This document shows, one piece after another, positions 57,260-64,000 of a stretch of 64,000 bases of DNA. The position numbers and the translations under genes are program-made. Numbering within the stretch: the first letter of the stretch is position 1; each line of letters starts with the position of its first letter. The notes under the pieces were generated by a model, which saw only the letters and a list, made by a program, of their open reading frames with translations, made no database searches and had not been told where the DNA came from. The stretch spans positions 860,050 to 924,049 of the forward strand of contig JAKMXF010000066.1 of assembly GCA_024704765.1 (NCBI GenBank), in the 5' to 3' direction. Source of the stretch: Oopsacas minuta. Lineage: Eukaryota; Animalia; Porifera.

Positions 57260-60200
57260 CTACAAATCTGATGCGCCGTAGAGGGCCGAAGCAAAGTCAG
57301 AGTAATCCAGCGCTCCTTCTGGGGCGCCAGGAGCGGTGTAGGGACTCATATGCTTAAGACAGTACTCCGCCTGAACGTCTGGCAATTCTCTCTTGATCTC
57401 ATCAGGCATAATGAAGGGCTATTAATGCAGTATTAATTAGATTATTCAAGAAATATATTCTTTATCAAGTTACCTTATCTCCTGCTAGAATCTTGAAAGA
57501 CTCTGCTACTTGTTCTGCCGTATCTTTGTCTACGGTCTCTTGTGTCATAAAATCTATAAACGCTTCTAGTGCTATAAACCCGGTCTCATTGGGATCTACT
57601 TTATGCAGCAAGCTGTCCAGCTCAGGGTCCTACAGGATAGAATCATTAATTCTGGTATTTGATTGGTTGGTAGAACTCACCTCCTCGCCCTCAGCACATA
57701 GTTTGTACCCCAGAGACAGGAGACAGGACCGAAACTCAAACTTATCCAACCGACAGGACTTGTCCTACAATACACAGAATATAACTAATTGAATTATTGT
57801 AGCTATTTATAGCTACTTACCTTGTCGAAATATTGAAAAGATTTTCTGAATTCTTCCAATTGTTCCTCGCTCACTCCAGTCTCATCTCTTATTAATATCT
57901 GTAAATAGAATAAGATTAATCTGATATATATTATATGTAATAACACATACACACCTGATTATCAATCTCATTAATACTCCTTCCTATCTGTAGCTGTACA
58001 GCCTCCCAAGATGTACGAATAGTCTACAAATATAACACTTAACACCTGAAAATATCAGCTGATTATTAATAAACACATACTTCGATCTTAAACTCTGTAT
58101 GAGGATTATCAAACACTAGTTTAGTTTGTAAAGTAGCGTTAATATTCTCTAAATCATCTAATGTTACTTTAGAGTCTGCTAGCTCCTGAGAGAAATCAAA
58201 CAGTCTCTGTTTGTGATCTTCCAATGACCCAGTAATGCTCAGACCGAGCTGGGTGAGCTCCAGGCTCTTAGACTCTAACCAGGGTCCGAATCTATACAAA
58301 TTAACAAAAAGCTACATACATAAATTACTATAATAGCTCTTACTTGTTAGCTCCCTCAGAGAACTGAATCCTGAGGGTCTCGTTAGACTGCTGGTTCTCC
58401 ATTTCTTGTCTCAGCCTCTCCTCTCTCTCCTGAAGACCTTCTCCCTGGAGAAGATCGAATCTGGACTTCAGAGACTCATACGTCAGAGAGGTGTAAGGGT
58501 TGGTCTCGTCTGACCCTCTATCCAACCTCCCCTGTATATCCTCTAGCTCCTCCAACTGCTGTCTCTTATCCACTACCTGTTCACAGACTTGCTGATGCTC
58601 TGTCAACAACTCCTACACATAATTACTATATTAATCTGTTCTATTAATAGCACATAATAAGCTATATGTACCTCTACTTCCTGGATGGAGTGAGCCTTAA
58701 TTGAGTCTGTTAAATCTTCCTCTAACTCAATCATCCAAGTGTCAAGAGCCTAGACAACAACAACAATAATATAAACAACATTATTATGTGTAAATAATTG
58801 TTAAACTAACAGAAGCCTTCTTAGCAAACTCTAGTCTCAGCTGATCGAGGTGTTGCTGTTCTTTAATCGCTAATTCTATCGCTTCTTTCCTAACCTGAGC
58901 TAAGTTCTGTAGATTAGTCCAATCGGTTTCTATATTCTGTAATTACAAGCAAAAATAACTAATTGGCAACCATAGTTACTAGCTCAGGAATGTTACTAAC
59001 CTCAGCACGGCGTTTGATACTTTCTGAATTGAAATATTGTTGTTTCCTAAACACCAATGCCACGATAAATGTAAACAACAACAACGCTTAATAAATATAA
59101 TCACTAACTCTAGCTCATTAGCCATCTCATGCAACTTTTGTAGTCTCAATCCGTGTGTGTCTGTATCAGACATGAAAGCTTCGTGCTGTCTCTTAAGACC
59201 CTAAATATAATAGCTAACCACTAAACTCTAATTACACTATTATATAACTTACCGTTACTTCAGCTAGGGATAGACCAATGAATTGATTGTCTATTAACTT
59301 CTCAGGTTTCCCTTGCATCCACTCTTCATGTTTGGAAGCTTTCAACTCAAATCTGCCCGCTATCACCTCTAATCTCTCCAATCTACATTACAATGGTTAA
59401 TTCCTATCACTAGGGTATGTAAGAGTATTACCTTTTGAGTTCTGAGAGTAAGAATTCTTCAAATTCCTTCTCCACGTGTTCCAGCCGTCTCCAGGCTTCG
59501 GCTACATCAGACACAGTCTTACCATCAGTCGGAGTGTAAGCGGGACGAGAGGAAATCCTCAGTTTTGTCTGTAGAGTGTTGTAATGAGTTTCTAGCTGAG
59601 CTTTCTCTGCTGCTTTTGGAGGTTTTTGAGTACGCATATAAGTCCTGAAGTTCTCCAGCTGTTCCTACACATAATCAATACATTACACGGACTATGGATG
59701 GGTTATAAACTGCTTACTGTAGCTCCGGCTAGACTAGACTCTCTAGAATGGTTCTGGAATTCTGGGATTTTTTGATTGATCCACTCAAGCAGCTAAAAAT
59801 ACAAAGAATAAACAATCTTAACAAACAAACAAATGACTAATAATTCTTACGTCAGTGGCTAACGTCTCGTAGTAGTGCATCATCTTTTCGTTCTCCTGAT
59901 TCACTGTCAGAACCTTTCCTATTCGTTTAGCAGCAGTCTCCGCTTGCTGGGTGGAGGAGAATGCGTGATAGTACGAGCTGACATACGTCATCACAGCTTT
60001 CTCATCTGGCTTTATTGAGGACAGCATATCTACTCATAACATGTATACTCATTACTACTACTACTAATAATAATATGAATAATAATAAAATTACCTTCTA
60101 CATCAAGCATACGGGGTATGTCTAGATGGGTAGCAGCTACGTCGAATGCCAGAGCCAAATTCTCCATGTCATTACCCTAAATGCATATATTAAAACCTGA

Positions 60201-61045
60201 AATCTAATTGGTGGAGAAACAAACCTTTTTGAGAGATTCAAAGTCAATTAGGTCAGGTCTGTGTCTGTGGATTAGCGCGCAAAATGCGAGTCCGTCTCTG
60301 AAGCTAAATGACCTCAGAAATAATCACTGCACAATAAAGTAATACTGGTAACTTACCTCATATGGAAATTCTGTACATTCACGTGTTTGTAGCCCTTAGT
60401 TTTCCTCTGACACCAAAGCAACAGACCGTCTTTAGCACTCATTTCTATGTACAGAATAGATCAGAATAGCAACGGAATTGAGCAAAGGAATTTAACATTA
60501 TACTAACCTCCAACCGAAATATCTTTTATTGCAAACCTCAGAATAATTGTCCAAATCATTCCCAAAGTCATTGTGAGATTTCCATCAACAATATCTGCGG
60601 GTAAACACAAATAAATAAAGTTATCAACTGGAAACAAACAGCTTACTTACCTTCTGCATGCATCCCGACGAGTTTCATATCCTTGGATTTGAGAAAGTCG
60701 AGTGCCTTTCTGACATTATTCACTAAATGAATCCTCAGATTTCCTCTCTCTGGGGGACTGATCTTCTCGCCAGAGATTACTTGAAGCAATTTGAGTAGAC
60801 TCCGTCCATCCCTGAAGTCTCTGTCTATTTCTACTATTTGAACTCCCTGCTTCTTCAAATGAATGTTACACCAAGCAGTGAATGTCTATAATTAAAGTAA
60901 TTCATTAGGTGTAGGATAATGCGAATAGTGTACTTACCTTTTTCTGGATTTTCTGCCATAGAGGGTCCTGTTTGCCGTCTGTCTTGTCTAGGGTTGGTGC
61001 ATGGAGACCTGAGTCACCGAGCGCTGATTCATCCGAAATACTCAT
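57260..61045 (-). CDS. ACTN: Alpha-actinin (2 CH domains, 4 spectrin repeats, EF hands), multi-exon
   Basis: [117 protein letters not shown]-terminus [18 protein letters not shown]. Confidence 0.97.
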
Positions 61046-62904
61046 CTAATCAGTAGCTAATTGCTTACAAAATAGTTTACAATGAGTGCGAATAAGACAA
61101 TTACAAAAATCCCGAAAGACCTAATAACCTAAGAGTTAGATTATACTCAGAACTATGAGACATATTCCCTGATAGCATTTAGAATGGCATAGAAATGAAC
61201 CAATCGAATAGAAGAATGAGTAGATAGGCATTAGTATATGTCTGTGGTGGTAATTAGATAATTATAGAGTAACTAATATTGTCCAAAATAGGCACTGAGC
61301 ACTTAGAATAAAATGAAAAGAACCTTAGAAATGTGACGAGCAAGCCACAATAACCAAGAATAAATGACTACAGATGTGATGTGGTATTTGATAATTATCA
61401 ATAAGCTGCCATGAGAATAAAAAGAAGATAAGTCATATGAAATGGGTAGTCATAGCAGAATAGACAATAAAACTGAAAGTATTTGGAGTTTATGAAATCT
61501 TAGGGAGGTTCTTAAAATATAATACAATAAAGGTGTATGAAAATTAATGGAAGATAAGTACACTATTTGGAAAGCAGTGATGGATATTGATTTCAAAAAT
61601 TATGTTTTGAATTGATAGAATATATTTACTCTGTTGTTGTTATGCACTATTTGGATATTAGGCAGGGACAGTGCTTCCTACAAAAATTATGTAAAGCCCT
61701 CATAATTGGCATTTAACTCGCTTCTATAGCACTACAAGTATTAAGTGTTATGCAGCCACAATTTAAAGCAGAATATCTTCTAAGCGAGTCATTTATTACA
61801 ATTTCCAGAGCAACAATACAAATTCTGAGACTATTAATGACGGCATATGATGTAGCCCTCTAAATACAAAGTAGGGATCAATATAATGGCGATGAATTAC
61901 GTCGGGTAAAATCGTTTTGAAAATGTAATGCAATCTGTTCAAATGCTTGTGAGAAATCGCGGAAAAGAGCAAATGTCATAACTTGGACAACAAATGGAAT
62001 CGTATATCTACAAGAGAATATTCTTATAATTATTATAAGGATTTTTCAATATACAAGAAATTGTGTTACAATTTATAGCATCAAATATATGAATAAATAG
62101 ATGGTAGTCCCTCAGCGATGCTGCTTAGTAACCTGGCTGTTAGGAAACACGCTTGAGACACTCCGTAACATTTCCCTCCGTTTCGAGGTTGATGGAATGC
62201 AGCAATTGCCTCGATGAGTCTGAATTAAGTAGAGGAAAATATGAGGAAGGGTATGGAGAAAAAGGGCAGCGAAAAGAGAAAAGAGGAGAAGATTCCATTA
62301 TGTTCAATTCTGATCATATATATACTTGTTGATGAGTTGCAGGTGTCACAACACGTTTAGTATAAACTATAATAGAACCTTAGTTACCACCTGCATCATC
62401 TGAAATGTTTGTAACGCTTGCAACACCTGCAATACTAGTAACAACTACAGCGCCTGCAATAACTGCGCTAGTGAAAAGAGTATAAATATGAGCAATAGTT
62501 TCATTTCTAATATTTCTTCTACTTCTCTCTAAGATGTCTCATCTCTTCACTCTCTTGCGTCCCCAACAGTCGTATTCTCTCTATTTATTACAGTGCTACA
62601 GGCATACTCTCAATTCTTCACTCACCTCTGCTCAATTTTCTGACAGAATACTCCCAATTCGCCAATCACCTCAGACCTTAGATATAAATTCCTAACTAAC
62701 TGAACCTAGAAACATTAGAGATGCTAAAGAAGTTATTGGAACTGCAATTATAACGTATGTTAATTGATTTGTATAATTGTTAAGAGCTTAGAATTATGAT
62801 TTGAATATTTGAAATATTATGGAGCTTAGAATGCATAGAGGTGGTGGAATAGTTATACTACAAAACATTCATAAAACAGATTAAAGAAGTAGTATAGCCA
62901 ATGC

Positions 62905-63567
62905 AGGTTATAAGAACATCGTCAAGAACTGGAAATAATGGCCGTAAAACCAGAATGTCATAGACAAGAAAAGGTTCTTATAACTAGCATATCTTATAAA
63001 CGAACAAGTTCTCATACAATAACATGTACTTATAACCAGCACGTCCAATAAACGAACAAGTTCTTATAGCCAGCATGTCTTAGATAATAACTTGTTCTTA
63101 TAACTAGCATGTCTTATCTGAGAACATGTTCGTATAACCAGCATGTCTTATCTGAGAACATGTTGGTATAACCAGCATGTCTTATCTGAGAACATGTTCG
63201 TATAACTAGCATGTCTTATCTGAGAACATGTTCGTATAACCAGCATGTCTTATCTGAGAACATGTTCGTATAACCAGCATGTCTTATCTGAGAACATGTT
63301 CGTATAACTAGCATGTCTTATCTGAGAACATGTTCGTATAACCAGCATGTCTTGTATAATAACAAGTTGTTATAACAAAAATGTCTTAATAAAGAACATA
63401 TTCTTATAGCCAGTAGGCCATATAAACGAACAAGTTCTTAAAATTAGTATGTCTAATAAAGACATGTTCTTATAACAAACATGTTATATAAGGACATGTT
63501 CTTATAACCGGCATGTTTTATATAAGAACAAATGATTATAACCAGCATGTTATATAAGGACAAGTTC
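62905..63567. repeat. Tandem array: seven near-identical 34-bp units (63099-63336) within degenerate 17/34-bp flanks
   Basis: Unit tataaccagcatgtcttatctgagaacatgttcg; period checked (63121 to 63155). Flanks contain TTATAAGAAC / GTTCTTATAA words. Confidence 0.92.
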
Positions 63568-63578
63568 TAATAGCAACG

Positions 63579-64000
63579 ATAGAGGAGGACTTAAAGGTTA
63601 TTTCAAGTAGATGAATGTAGGCGGATGGCGTTTGATTGGATTCTAGCTGAAAAGGGTGAACCGGGGGGCGTGAGAATTTTTTGGAAAACAAGGAAAGGAG
63701 CGAGAATGTCTTCCCAGTATTCTAGATAACTAGACAATCGATGATGTGTGTTAATGCGTCGAAGTATGAGATACACGAAAGTGTTTCAAATATGGACGAG
63801 CGAGACTTTGATTGGATTCTAGCTGAAAAGGGTGAACCAAGGGGACGGCTGTGTGGATTTCTGTGCTAGTTGACTAGCTGATCGGAGTGTTGACTTGATT
63901 AGTTATGAACTGAACCATAGAGGAGGACTTAAAGGTTATTTCAAGTAGATGAATGTAGGCGGATGGCGTTTGATTGGATTCTAGCTGAAAAGGGTGAACC
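63579..64000. repeat. Direct repeat with a 338-bp period at the window edge (84-bp identical blocks plus an internal 32-bp sub-copy)
   Basis: 63579-63662 is identical to 63917-64000; tttgattggattctagctgaaaagggtgaacc also occurs at 63807-63838. Confidence 0.9.

Noticed and set aside
57628-57678. Apparent insertion between alpha-actinin EF hands ([16 protein letters not shown])
   Set aside because: It begins GTGAGT and ends in an in-frame TAG, so it is an ordinary intron.
7170-60858. Numerous 60-110 aa ORFs antisense to, or overlapping, identified exons (e.g. 7170-7361, 10068-10391, 23681-23905, 28900-29241, 38487-38789, 57493-57792)
   Set aside because: They are shadow frames of real exons or intron read-through (often FVCLFVC from TTTG repeats) with no independent coding signal.
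63099-63336. 34-bp repeats as a CRISPR array
   Set aside because: Units are directly adjacent with no unique spacers, there are no cas genes, and the context is eukaryotic; it is a minisatellite.
1-64000. tRNA, rRNA or spliced-leader RNA genes
   Set aside because: No cloverleaf, T-loop or rRNA-like segments were recognised by eye. An SL RNA cannot be identified without knowing the leader sequence.

Overview
Gene-dense, AT-rich, visibly CpG-poor eukaryotic DNA with many short GT-AG introns (mostly about 45-150 bp). It contains about 22 protein-coding genes, three of them nested in introns of other genes. The gene set (striatin, CCDC88, alpha-actinin, RSPH4/6, ARL6, CNRIP1, TRIM-NHL) is metazoan. 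The tiny introns, nested genes, very short spacers and NHL expansion suggest an early-branching compact animal genome such as a glass sponge; this is inference, not a database match. Gene order: NHL copy A (partial, -), striatin (-) hosting same-strand GatA/QRSL1, an ARM-like helical protein probably fused to an ATE1-like arginyltransferase, VPS33A, RSPH4/6 hosting antisense NHL copy B, NHL copy C, TIMM50, ADF/cofilin (-), NUDT14, an intronless CYP1-like P450, CNOT1 hosting antisense RAP1GDS1, CNRIP1, TRIM-NHL (-), MAPK15, AMACR, RPL5, CCDC88, ARL6, RPP30, PPM1A/B-like (-), an SH2-like orphan and alpha-actinin (-). A gene-poor, repeat-rich tail follows (61.05-64 kb). Main leads: (1) a dispersed family of intronless, probably myristoylated NHL beta-propeller genes whose framework is near-identical at DNA level but whose top-face loops are hypervariable, each carrying the same upstream CRE/X-box module; (2) the ARM-ATE1 fusion; (3) operon-like runs of genes 57-180 bp apart with splice-acceptor-like AGs just before the ATGs; (4) strong over-representation of transcription-factor-like words (TGACGTCA, CAGCTG, a 22-bp intronic motif) in gene bodies. 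Exon boundaries were read by eye and are approximate unless stated.
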